Assembly: GCA_011605715.1 (NCBI GenBank)
Contig: JAAOZO010000171.1
Coordinates: 1 to 34,893, forward strand
Direction of reading: 5' to 3'
Source: Nitrososphaerota archaeon
GTDB taxonomy: Archaea; Thermoproteota; EX4484-205; JAAOZO01
Length of the DNA: 34,893 nucleotides
Shown piece after piece: positions 26,799 through 34,893 of the stretch (position 1 is its first letter; every line of letters starts with the position of its first letter). The position numbers were made by a program, and so were the translations under genes. The notes beneath the pieces are model-generated. The model saw only the letters and a program-made list of their open reading frames with translations. It was not told where the DNA came from and made no database searches.

Positions 26799-26916
26799 GC
26801 TCCGGTGATGTAGTCCGGTTATCTTAGGGCCGAAAGCATTCGAGCCTCTCGAAGAGTGCTGAAGAAAGCTCGATACCCGGGTTCAAATCTAAGCGGTGAA
26901 AATCCCGGCCGGAGCA
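26799..26916 (+). tRNA. tRNA-Glu(CTC) with three introns: D-loop before A21 (26822-26834), 37/38 (26852-26866) and 59/60 (26888-26902)
   Basis: Spliced product GCTCCGG TG ATGT AGTCCGGTTAA GCAT T CGAGC CT CTC GA GCTCG ATAC CCGGG TTCAAAT CCCGG CCGGAGC A. Each insert forms a BHB-type motif. Confidence 0.92.
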
Positions 26917-27062
26917 CTTCTGTTTTAATACCTAAAAAGGCTCTTTTTTTTAATGTCAGTGAAACTTGCGAATTTTCGCTCTTAATGACTTCCCAAGACT
27001 TTCTTTGTAGAGAACCTTCTAGAAAGATAAGTGAAAAAAATAAAATACTAAAAACTAAAAAT

Positions 27063-28706
27063 TTATCGCCTTTCTGCTCCCTTTTCTTTCTTTTCAGGCA
27101 ACTTTAGTGTTAAGAACATATCGTCTACTCTTAGTAGTGTCGAAGCAAGTTCTGTAGCTACATTCAGCATAAGCTTTACAGATTTTATCGGTTCAATTAT
27201 TCCAGCTTCTTCAACGTCTACTACCTTTCTGCTAAGCGCATCTATTCCAAACAACTTGTCCTTGGTCTTAACGTTCTTGGCTCTTAAGTCACCTATAGTT
27301 TTTGTTACAGGCATGCCACTGTTTTCTACTATTGCTCCAGCTAGGTCAAACAGTGCTTCTGAAAATCCTTCTATTACTAGACTTATTTCTCCTCCTTTTT
27401 GCATTCCATAGTCTTTAAGTGCGACAGCCATGCCAACTATGTCTGCTACGCCACTTGGTACGTATTTCTCATCTTCATAGAAGTTCGCAACACATTGTAA
27501 CCCTTTCTTAACTACCCTTTCGTATTCCTTAGTTAGCTCCTTACTGACTCCTCTTATTAGTATACTTACTGATTTACTTTTCTTTACATCTTCTACGACA
27601 ACTACTTTTTCCGTAGCTTCGTACTTCCTTTCCTCTACTAAGTTTGCTTCTCCAAGCGTTTTTTCGGAGATGTCGGTATAGTCGCTAACTATTCTTGCTC
27701 CCGTCGCTTCTGCAAGCTTTTCTAAGTCCGATCTCTTTGCATTCTTTACTGCTAGTACTCCCGCTTTTGCAAGCGCTGCAGCGGCTTTATCATCTATCGC
27801 TTTTTGAGAAATAAGTACGTTAGCTCCACTTTGTATTATTTTTTCAACTTTTTCGGTTACAGATCTTCTTTCTTCTTCTTTTAGCTTTAGGATTTCTTCT
27901 GGACTTTTAAATTCTAGTTCAGAAGAAATTTCTGTCTTTTTAACTTCCAAAGGAAAGTCTATAAGAGCTATTCTCGCTCCCGTTATCCTTTTAGGCATAT
28001 TTGGATGCGCAACCTCTTTATCTATAATTATTCCATTTATGAAACTTGTCTCAAAAGCAGAGCCACCTGTTTTGCTGACTATTGCAACATCGTCTATGTC
28101 TATCTTCTTCTTTCCATTAACTTCACGGGTCACTAGTTTTGCTGCCTGGAGTATTGCGTTTACTACATTCTCATAGTATGCTAGTTCTGACCTACCTATA
28201 GAGGGTAGTACTACTGTCCTAATCATGTTCTTTAATACTGTATCATATTCTTCAAGTCTTGGCTTTTTAGAAATGCTTTCTATATACTCATTTAAGAATT
28301 TTCTTGCTTCTTCATATCCTAGAGCTATTGTTGTAGGATGTATTCCCTTTTTGTAGTACGTTACTCCTGTTTCGATTAACTTAGAAGCCAAATAAATCAT
28401 TCTGTTTGTTCCATCCCCAACCATTTTGTCTAGGTTTTTAGCAGCTTCGATGTAAAGCTTTCCAACTGGATGTTCAATGTTTGCTTCAGAGAGAATCGTT
28501 ACTCCGTTCTTTGTATAAGTTATATCCCCAAAGCTTCCTACCAACATTTTGTTAAAACCTGAAGGTCCTAGCGCCGTTTTAGTTATTTCTTCTAATACTA
28601 TACTAACAGTTAAAGTGTTAGCTAATGCCTCATCCCCCGTTCTTCTAGCAACATTTTCTTTCATAACATAAACAGGCTGCCCACTAGCCTCCACAGGAAT
28701 CGCCAT
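27063..28706 (-). CDS. Thermosome (group II chaperonin) subunit, divergent
   Basis: LGP.G..KML, IEHP, VGDGT, GIHPT, DKEV.HP.MPK, QKAIDD, ATGA and LLRVDD motifs. Catalytic residues are altered. Confidence 0.9.
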   Translation of the reverse strand: MAIPVEASGQPVYVMKENVARRTGDEALANTLTVSIVLEEITKTALGPSGFNKMLVGSFGDITYTKNGVTILSEANIEHPVGKLYIEAAKNLDKMVGDGTNRMIYLASKLIETGVTYYKKGIHPTTIALGYEEARKFLNEYIESISKKPRLEEYDTVLKNMIRTVVLPSIGRSELAYYENVVNAILQAAKLVTREVNGKKKIDIDDVAIVSKTGGSAFETSFINGIIIDKEVAHPNMPKRITGARIALIDFPLEVKKTEISSELEFKSPEEILKLKEEERRSVTEKVEKIIQSGANVLISQKAIDDKAAAALAKAGVLAVKNAKRSDLEKLAEATGARIVSDYTDISEKTLGEANLVEERKYEATEKVVVVEDVKKSKSVSILIRGVSKELTKEYERVVKKGLQCVANFYEDEKYVPSGVADIVGMAVALKDYGMQKGGEISLVIEGFSEALFDLAGAIVENSGMPVTKTIGDLRAKNVKTKDKLFGIDALSRKVVDVEEAGIIEPIKSVKLMLNVATELASTLLRVDDMFLTLKLPEKKEKGAERR

Positions 28707-28812
28707 TTTTTAATTACACCCCCTTTCCCTTTACTCTATAAAGGCTCAATAAAAACTTTCCTTTTTATTATTAAAAGAAATAGGAAAACTTAAAAACCTT
28801 TTCTTAGTCTCT

Positions 28813-29067
28813 TTGCCTAAGTTGGGCAAGATCTACGATTCGAAAGTAAAAAGAATAGGGGAGAAGATCCTTATGCTTTACTCAAATGAGCTTTCCACAG
28901 ATTTTTATCAAAATAAAAAGCTCATATCTTCCATAGTGAACACGAGCTCCAAATTCTTACTAAATAAAATAACTGGTTATGTTACTTCTCAAGTGAAGAA
29001 AAAAGCAACAGTTGAAGGGGAAGAGATTAGCAAACCAGAGGAAACAGAAAATGAAGAAGCAGCATGA
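28813..29067 (+). CDS. rps17e: 30S ribosomal protein S17e
   Basis: GKIY...VKR.G......Y......DF..NKK........SK.L.NKI.GYVT. The start is TTG 28813 or 28822. Confidence 0.88.
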   Translation: MPKLGKIYDSKVKRIGEKILMLYSNELSTDFYQNKKLISSIVNTSSKFLLNKITGYVTSQVKKKATVEGEEISKPEETENEEAA

Positions 29068-29449
29068 AGTAAACAATCATGGCCTCCTGTTTTCTGAACT
29101 AGAACTAGGTTGGTCGAAGAGGTACTTAGACGAAGTAAAGGTCTCTCTAAATTCCTATTCGTCCTCCAATGACCCAAAAGTAAACGAGAAACTAGCTCTT
29201 TCCTTTCTTAAACTCAAGCACATCCTATATTTACTTAAGTTAGAAAACCTACAACCAGATTTCGTTTTTTCAGAAATTTCAGGAGCTACTTCACAAGAAG
29301 AAAACTTTTCTACTTTAGTAGATGGTCTCGTAAATCTTTTGCTTTCAACTGAAGAAAAGTCCTCCATAGTTTTAGACCTCTCTAAAAAGTTACTTAACGA
29401 AATAGAGCAAATTCTGAATACCGCGCTCGTATTGTGGGATGCTTCTTAA
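29051..29449 (+). CDS. Hypothetical helical protein
   Basis: ORF overlapping the rps17e stop. No recognised motif; start uncertain. Confidence 0.5.
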   Translation: MKKQHEVNNHGLLFSELELGWSKRYLDEVKVSLNSYSSSNDPKVNEKLALSFLKLKHILYLLKLENLQPDFVFSEISGATSQEENFSTLVDGLVNLLLSTEEKSSIVLDLSKKLLNEIEQILNTALVLWDAS

Positions 29450-29487
29450 TTTTTATCTATAACTTTTAGTTACTCTTTTTGATGCTC

Positions 29488-30090
29488 TTAAAACATATTT
29501 TCCGTTCTTTTCTTTAATGTACTGGTAAGCACTCTGTCTACAATATAAGGTTCAAAACCAATATTGATCAAATCTTCTCTTATTTTCTCTACAGGCTTGT
29601 TTTTCTCTTTTTCTATTAGTTTTAAAATTGTTTCTCTTCTTTCATGAGGAAAAACAATCCATTTTTTTGTTGTCCTAACATAAAAAGTCGGAATCGTCTC
29701 ACTGTGGGGCTTATAAAATATGGTCAAGCTATCGACTTCTTTAGCTCCTGCGTTTTTCAAATACTCAAGAACTTTCTTCAAGCTTTTTCCACTATCTGCA
29801 ACATCATCTATAACAAGTAGCCTTAATCCATTCACACTAGTCTTTAAGTCATCTTTAATTACAGGCTCAGTTGCAGTTTTTTTGATGTCTTCATAAAACA
29901 CAACCCTTATAACAAAAAGGTTTTCTTGCTCTAGCTCATCTGACAAAATTCTAAGCGGGACTAGACCCCCCCTACTTATTCCAACAAACGCGTCGTAACT
30001 TTTTTTGTTTCTCCTTATCATGTCTGCAGCCTCCAAACATAAGCTGTAAAATGTTTGCCAATCTATTATTTCAAACTCTGATTCGTTCAT
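29488..30090 (-). CDS. Purine phosphoribosyltransferase (type I PRTase, Hpt/Gpt-like)
   Basis: GISRGG, LLVIDDVADSGKSL (PRPP loop), KP....P.FY and WIVFPHE motifs. Confidence 0.88.
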   Translation of the reverse strand: MNESEFEIIDWQTFYSLCLEAADMIRRNKKSYDAFVGISRGGLVPLRILSDELEQENLFVIRVVFYEDIKKTATEPVIKDDLKTSVNGLRLLVIDDVADSGKSLKKVLEYLKNAGAKEVDSLTIFYKPHSETIPTFYVRTTKKWIVFPHERRETILKLIEKEKNKPVEKIREDLINIGFEPYIVDRVLTSTLKKRTENMF

Positions 30091-30203
30091 TGGTTCTTTG
30101 TTGAATAGTTGGTTATAAAAATTTATTCTCTTACTTTAATCAGTGAAAGCTCTAAAGTTTAAGAAGCAAACCTTATAATCCTTCTTATTGGTACAATTGT
30201 TCC

Positions 30204-30683
30204 GTGAGTGATAAGATCTACAACGTACTTGACAACTTTATTGCAATACGTGAGATCCCTTCTATAGATAAGCTAACTATAGAAAAGATAAAAAATCTCA
30301 AGGATACGTTAGACGTAGGTTTATTGCTTGTTTCATGTGAAGACGTTATCTCAGAACAAGTCCTTCTGGGCTTAATTTACAACGCGGCATCTGCTCACAA
30401 GTATGGCTACAATAAGCTGAGGAAGTTAGATTCAGAACTAATCTTAGTACTGGCCGGAAAAAATGTTTTTCATGAAGCCGCTAATAAAGTAACTCCTAAA
30501 CTTGGAGGTTGTGCACTAATTATTCTTCTAAGTGATAATAAAGATAAAATTCAAGAAGCTATGGATTTTGTCTATAAGACTTTAGACAGCAACTTAGAAG
30601 AGGCTAAGTTAGCATCTGTCTTTAGTTCAAATGATTTAACTCTCATCGAGAATTTTGCTTTATTTTATGTTTGGTACAAGTAA
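30204..30683 (+). CDS. cgi121: KEOPS complex subunit Cgi121
   Basis: A..AH..G.NK.R.L..ELIL.LAG.....EA matches the Cgi121 pattern. GTG start. Confidence 0.7.
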   Translation: MSDKIYNVLDNFIAIREIPSIDKLTIEKIKNLKDTLDVGLLLVSCEDVISEQVLLGLIYNAASAHKYGYNKLRKLDSELILVLAGKNVFHEAANKVTPKLGGCALIILLSDNKDKIQEAMDFVYKTLDSNLEEAKLASVFSSNDLTLIENFALFYVWYK

Positions 30684-30707
30684 AGTGCTTTAGTTGGTAC
30701 ACTTTTT

Positions 30708-31184
30708 CTACAAACGTCCTATTCCAACAAAGTCACAACTCATAGGATAAACTACAATTGAACCTCTAACTTCCCTTTCTTTATTTATAAATCTCAAATT
30801 TTCACTACCTTTTAAACTCTCAATGAGCTTTTTCTTAGCTCTCTTTGGTCCACTTGCTAGTAACAATTTGTCTCTCTCAAAAATTCCGAACTCTTCTACT
30901 ATATTATTAAAGTAAGCTAGTTCATTAGTTTTTGCTATTATATCGACCTTAAAAGCCTTTTTTATATACCTATTTATATTGTGATTTATTTTTTCTACCA
31001 GTTCTCTAAGCCTATCGTCTTCTATTTTCGTTTTAGCAACTAAGACGACTTGCCCCTCATTTGGGCTTCCAAATAAGTTAAACTCTACACCATATGTAAC
31101 TAATAAGCTAAAGGCCTCCAAGTATGCGTCTAGTTCATAATCCCTGTTGGTCTTTATTAGAATAAAACTAGACTTTATAGCCAT
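30708..31184 (-). CDS. Hypothetical protein (weak THUMP-like appearance)
   Basis: 158-aa ORF; the N-terminal LIKT...YE..A..E is reminiscent of THUMP proteins. Confidence 0.5.
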   Translation of the reverse strand: MAIKSSFILIKTNRDYELDAYLEAFSLLVTYGVEFNLFGSPNEGQVVLVAKTKIEDDRLRELVEKINHNINRYIKKAFKVDIIAKTNELAYFNNIVEEFGIFERDKLLLASGPKRAKKKLIESLKGSENLRFINKEREVRGSIVVYPMSCDFVGIGRL

Positions 31185-31518
31185 AGTGGCACATCTTTGA
31201 ATTTAAAAAGGTAGCTCAACTCTTTTAAGCTTTTTTACAAAATAAGCTTCTCCTAATTGAAACCGTGAGCTTTCTCATTGACATTCTTCAAGTATTCTAA
31301 GCTAGAGGGCCTTTTTCTAGATTTTAGCGAACGTTAATGTTTTACTAAAGTTAAGTGAGGCTTCTTTAATGTTAACTTTATTGTGTTCGTCTTTCCTTTA
31401 GCAAGGTGCTTTCGTTGGCTTAGTATCTAACCTATTTATTATAAAAAATATAGCATTATTGAGACTCTCTCTTAAAAACTTTTATACTAGAACAGGAGTA
31501 ACAGTTTGGGAAAGGCGT

Positions 31519-32241
31519 ATGCTCACTCCTACGGTTGTTCAAGTAGAAGATTTGTACAAAGATTATGTACTAAGAGGCGGTGCAGTACATGCGCTTCGTG
31601 GAATTAATCTCTCAGTAAGGAGAGGTGAATATATCGCAGTAATGGGGCCTTCTGGTTCTGGAAAAACGACTCTCTTTAATATGATTGGAGGCCTTGATAA
31701 GCCAACAAAAGGTACAGTGAAAATTGACAACGTTGACCTTTCTAAGATGTCTCCTAAACAACTTGCTTGGGTACGTTCAAGAAAGATTGGTTACGTGTTT
31801 CAGACTTTTAATCTTATTCCTGTCCTTACTGCTCTAGGAAATGTTATGCTACCCATGATCTTTACCGGTATGAAGAGAGAAGAAAGAGTAAAGAAAGCAA
31901 AAGAACTACTAAGCTTAGTTGGCTTAGGAGAAAGAGTAAATCATAGGCCTACTGAATTAAGTGGAGGTCAGCAACAAAGGGTTGCCATTGCTAGAGCTTT
32001 AGCAAATGACCCCTCAATAATTCTTGCAGATGAACCAACTGGAAACCTAGACTTAAACACTGGTCTTGCAATAGTTAACTTACTATACAGGCTTAAAGTT
32101 GAAAGAAATACTACAGTTATTTGTGCAACTCATGACCTTAAAATGGTTGACGTAAGTGATAGACTTGCATGGATTCGAGATGGTCAAATTGAAAGAATAG
32201 AGGAAAGAACGACAGTAAGTCTAACCTCTGAAGAGCTTTAG
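31519..32241 (+). CDS. ABC transporter ATP-binding protein (LolD/MacB/FtsE-like)
   Basis: GPSGSGKT, GYVFQ.FNL, LSGGQQQRV, LADEPTGNLD and ATHD motifs. ATG 31519 preferred. Confidence 0.92.
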   Translation: MLTPTVVQVEDLYKDYVLRGGAVHALRGINLSVRRGEYIAVMGPSGSGKTTLFNMIGGLDKPTKGTVKIDNVDLSKMSPKQLAWVRSRKIGYVFQTFNLIPVLTALGNVMLPMIFTGMKREERVKKAKELLSLVGLGERVNHRPTELSGGQQQRVAIARALANDPSIILADEPTGNLDLNTGLAIVNLLYRLKVERNTTVICATHDLKMVDVSDRLAWIRDGQIERIEERTTVSLTSEEL

Positions 32242-32307
32242 ATAAGTTTTTATTTTACTTAAAGGTTACATTTTATTTTATTATATCATACGTGGGTTTG
32301 AGAAAGA

Positions 32308-34071
32308 ATGGTTAGAGTCGCTGTTATCGACAAAAAGTCATGCAGACCTAAAGATTGCGGTCATCCCTGTAGGAAGAGTTGTCCTGTTGTAAGGACCGGT
32401 CAGGATGCAATTTACTTCCTTGACGAAAACTTACCACCAACAATAGATGAAGCTATTTGCATAGGTTGTGGAATTTGTGTAAGAAAATGTCCCTTTAATG
32501 CTATCTACATTGTTAATCTTCCGGATCAGCTTGAAAAAGAAGCTTTTCATAGATATGGCCAAAATGGTTTTAAACTTTATAGGTTTCCGGAGATTAAGCC
32601 TCAAAGTGTTAACGTGATAATAGGTCAAAATGGTATGGGTAAGTCAACTATTGCTAAAATACTTTCTGGTGAACTAATACCAAACTTAGGCGACCCCAAT
32701 TCTAAGCCACCAATTGAGCAAGTTATAGACCGATTGAAAGGAACTACTTCTTCAGAGATTCTCGAAAATATATTCAAAAAAAAGTTTACAGTAGCCTTTA
32801 AGCCTCAACATGTCGAACTTCTACCCTCGGTTTTTGGTGGAAGTGTAAAAGAAGCGCTTTCAAAGTATGAGGGTAGCAGGTACTATGGTGAAGTAGTTAA
32901 TTCAATGAAATTGTCTACCCTCTTTGAACGTAAGTTGAATCAGTTAAGTGGTGGAGAACTACAAAAACTTGCAATAGCTTTGGCGCTACTAAAAGATACT
33001 GACATAATTGTACTAGATGAACCTGCAAGTTATTTAGACGTATTACAAAGGTTACTTGTCTCAAGGTTACTTTTTTCATTTAAAGATAAGGGAAAGACTC
33101 TAATCGTCATAGAGCATGACCTTGGAATGATTGATTACTTGGCAGATTATGTCTCAATAATATATGGTGAACCTGGTGCATACGGCATTGTTTCAAGGTT
33201 ATTGTCTGCTAGAGTTGGTATAAACTCCTACTTAAACGGGTTTCTTAAAGCTGAAAACACTCAAATAAGACCCTTCGAAATAAAGTTTGAATCAAGACCG
33301 CCTCCAGAGAAAAGAGACTTGTCTGTAGCTTTTAAGTGGGTAAAAGACGAGTTTAAGCTAAACGGGTTTACTCTTACAATCGAGGGTGGAGAAGCTTACA
33401 GAGGCGAAGTAATAGGCATAGTGGGCCAAAATGGTATAGGAAAAACAACTTTTGTAAGGAGAATCGTAGAAAGCTATTTTGGTGTTGAAAGTCAGCAAAT
33501 AAGTTACAAACCTCAACTAATAACAAACTTATTCAAAGGAAAAACAGTAAAGGAAGTCCTAGAGGAAAAATTCGGAAGTTCCAATTTTCCTTCTTGGATT
33601 GAAACTGAACTCTTAAAGCCACTGAGATTAAATAAACTCATGGAAAGATCGACAGAAACCTTAAGTGGAGGTGAACTCCAAGCTTTAGCAGTGGCTTCCT
33701 CTTTGATCTCGAATAGTAACTTTTATTTTATTGATGAACCATGTTCCTTTCTCGATGTAGAGCAAAGAGTAACTGTTCAAAGAATGATAAGAAGGTTAAC
33801 AGAAATTAAAGCTGCTACAACGTTTGTGGTAGAGCATGACATACTATTTATAGACTTTGTTTCAGATCGCCTTATAGTAGTAGATGGAGAGCCTGGAGTT
33901 CATGGATACGTTTCTTCTCCCAAGTCCATGAAAGATGGGATGAACGAGTTTTTGTCGAAGCTATCGATAACTTTTAGAAGAGATGTAGATACAAATAGAC
34001 CAAGAATAAATAAGCCTGGATCAAGAACCGATCTAGAACAAAAACAATTAGGCCAATACTACTATACATAA
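32308..34071 (+). CDS. rli: Ribosome recycling ATPase ABCE1/RLI
   Basis: N-terminal Fe-S cysteines (CRPKDC..PC..SCP, CIGCGIC..KCP), two ABC domains and C-terminal TFRRD....RPRINK..S..D.EQK. Confidence 0.95.
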   Translation: MVRVAVIDKKSCRPKDCGHPCRKSCPVVRTGQDAIYFLDENLPPTIDEAICIGCGICVRKCPFNAIYIVNLPDQLEKEAFHRYGQNGFKLYRFPEIKPQSVNVIIGQNGMGKSTIAKILSGELIPNLGDPNSKPPIEQVIDRLKGTTSSEILENIFKKKFTVAFKPQHVELLPSVFGGSVKEALSKYEGSRYYGEVVNSMKLSTLFERKLNQLSGGELQKLAIALALLKDTDIIVLDEPASYLDVLQRLLVSRLLFSFKDKGKTLIVIEHDLGMIDYLADYVSIIYGEPGAYGIVSRLLSARVGINSYLNGFLKAENTQIRPFEIKFESRPPPEKRDLSVAFKWVKDEFKLNGFTLTIEGGEAYRGEVIGIVGQNGIGKTTFVRRIVESYFGVESQQISYKPQLITNLFKGKTVKEVLEEKFGSSNFPSWIETELLKPLRLNKLMERSTETLSGGELQALAVASSLISNSNFYFIDEPCSFLDVEQRVTVQRMIRRLTEIKAATTFVVEHDILFIDFVSDRLIVVDGEPGVHGYVSSPKSMKDGMNEFLSKLSITFRRDVDTNRPRINKPGSRTDLEQKQLGQYYYT

Positions 34072-34255
34072 AAGCAAGCATAGAGCTTTAATTAAAAATA
34101 TTGATCAGCCCATTCATTTCACAAAACGCTTTGTTTCTATTCTCTTTTACTAAAAATAGCAAATCCAAACTAAAGCAGATATTTTCTTTCAAAGAAAGAA
34201 TATTTAAAAGCTCATCTTTCATCCTTTGTGATCGACTCTAGTGTGGTGAAGAACT

Positions 34256-34893
34256 ATGTTAAAGACTCCAACGATAATTGTAAACTTTAAAGCTTACAGA
34301 GAATCTCTAGGAAAAAAAGCTGTAGAACTAGCAAGAATCGCAGAAGAGGTTAGTCGAGAATTAAATGTGTCTATAGCAGTTGCTCCTCAAGCTACTGACA
34401 TAAGGTTAGTTGCATCAGCAGTATCTATTCCTGTTTTTGCTCAAGCAGTTGATTCCGTAGCTGTAGGTGCACTAACAGGACACGTAACAATTGAAAGCAT
34501 AAAAGATGCTGGAGCTGTTGGTACGATAATTAATCACTCTGAAAGAAGGGTTCAAATTTCTTTAATAAGCGAAGTAGTTAAAGCCTCAAGGGAGCTCAAC
34601 TTAACTACAGTAGTTTGTGCTGATACTCCAGAGGTAACTGCCGCTGTAGCTTCACTTAATCCAGAGTTTGTAGCTATTGAACCTCCAGAATTGATTGGTA
34701 CTGGAATCCCCGTTTCTAAAGCAAAGCCAGAAGTTGTTACAAATTCGTTAGAAAAAGTTAGGAGTGTAAATTCGAAGTCTAAGGTTATTTGTGGAGCTGG
34801 AATAACAACTGGAGATGATGTGAAAGCAGCACTAAGATTAGGAACCGTTGGGGTTTTACTTGCAAGTGGTGTCGTTAAAGCAAAGGATCCAAA
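34256..34893 (+). CDS. tpiA: Triosephosphate isomerase, archaeal type (3' truncated; absent from the ORF track)
   Basis: Manual translation gives MLKTPTIIVNFKAY, INHSERR, VAIEPPELIGTG, CGAGI and GVLLASGVVKA. GGTGA ribosome-binding site upstream. Confidence 0.95.
   Translation, partial: MLKTPTIIVNFKAYRESLGKKAVELARIAEEVSRELNVSIAVAPQATDIRLVASAVSIPVFAQAVDSVAVGALTGHVTIESIKDAGAVGTIINHSERRVQISLISEVVKASRELNLTTVVCADTPEVTAAVASLNPEFVAIEPPELIGTGIPVSKAKPEVVTNSLEKVRSVNSKSKVICGAGITTGDDVKAALRLGTVGVLLASGVVKAKDP

Noticed and set aside
17700..26916. Pilus locus as an integrated conjugative element near tRNA-Glu
   Set aside because: No integrase, relaxase or att-like repeat of the tRNA was seen, and housekeeping genes separate the locus from the tRNA.
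26856..27107. 83-aa ORF on the + strand
   Set aside because: Starts inside tRNA-Glu and has no recognisable protein features.

Overview
AT-rich archaeal chromosomal segment. The markers (RadA, eL40, eL38, eS17, SmAP3, aCPSF2, ArcTGT, Rpp21, ABCE1, multi-intron tRNAs) point to a TACK/Thermoproteota-type lineage; the exact taxon cannot be fixed from this window. Most genes are housekeeping (translation, RNA processing, chaperones). Three tRNAs are present: Gly(TCC) with two introns, one in the acceptor stem; Glu(CTC) with three introns; and intronless Val(CAC) behind a structured ~70-nt leader. There are two accessory regions. The first is a sugar-nucleotide/GT4 cluster followed by a wHTH-DUF5752-like gene, a hypothetical gene and an orphan PqqD/RRE-like gene. 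The second is a ~7.9-kb locus encoding a Tad/type IV pilus (prepilin peptidase, ATPase, two membrane platform proteins, a Flp-like pilin and several tiny pilin-like ORFs), a membrane-anchored HerA/VirB4-like ATPase and a TFB paralogue without a Zn ribbon. This second locus is the best candidate for an undescribed DNA uptake/exchange system. A thermosome paralogue with degenerate ATPase motifs is also notable. No CRISPR array, rRNA, integrase or transposase was recognised. All family assignments are from motif recognition by eye, not from database searches.
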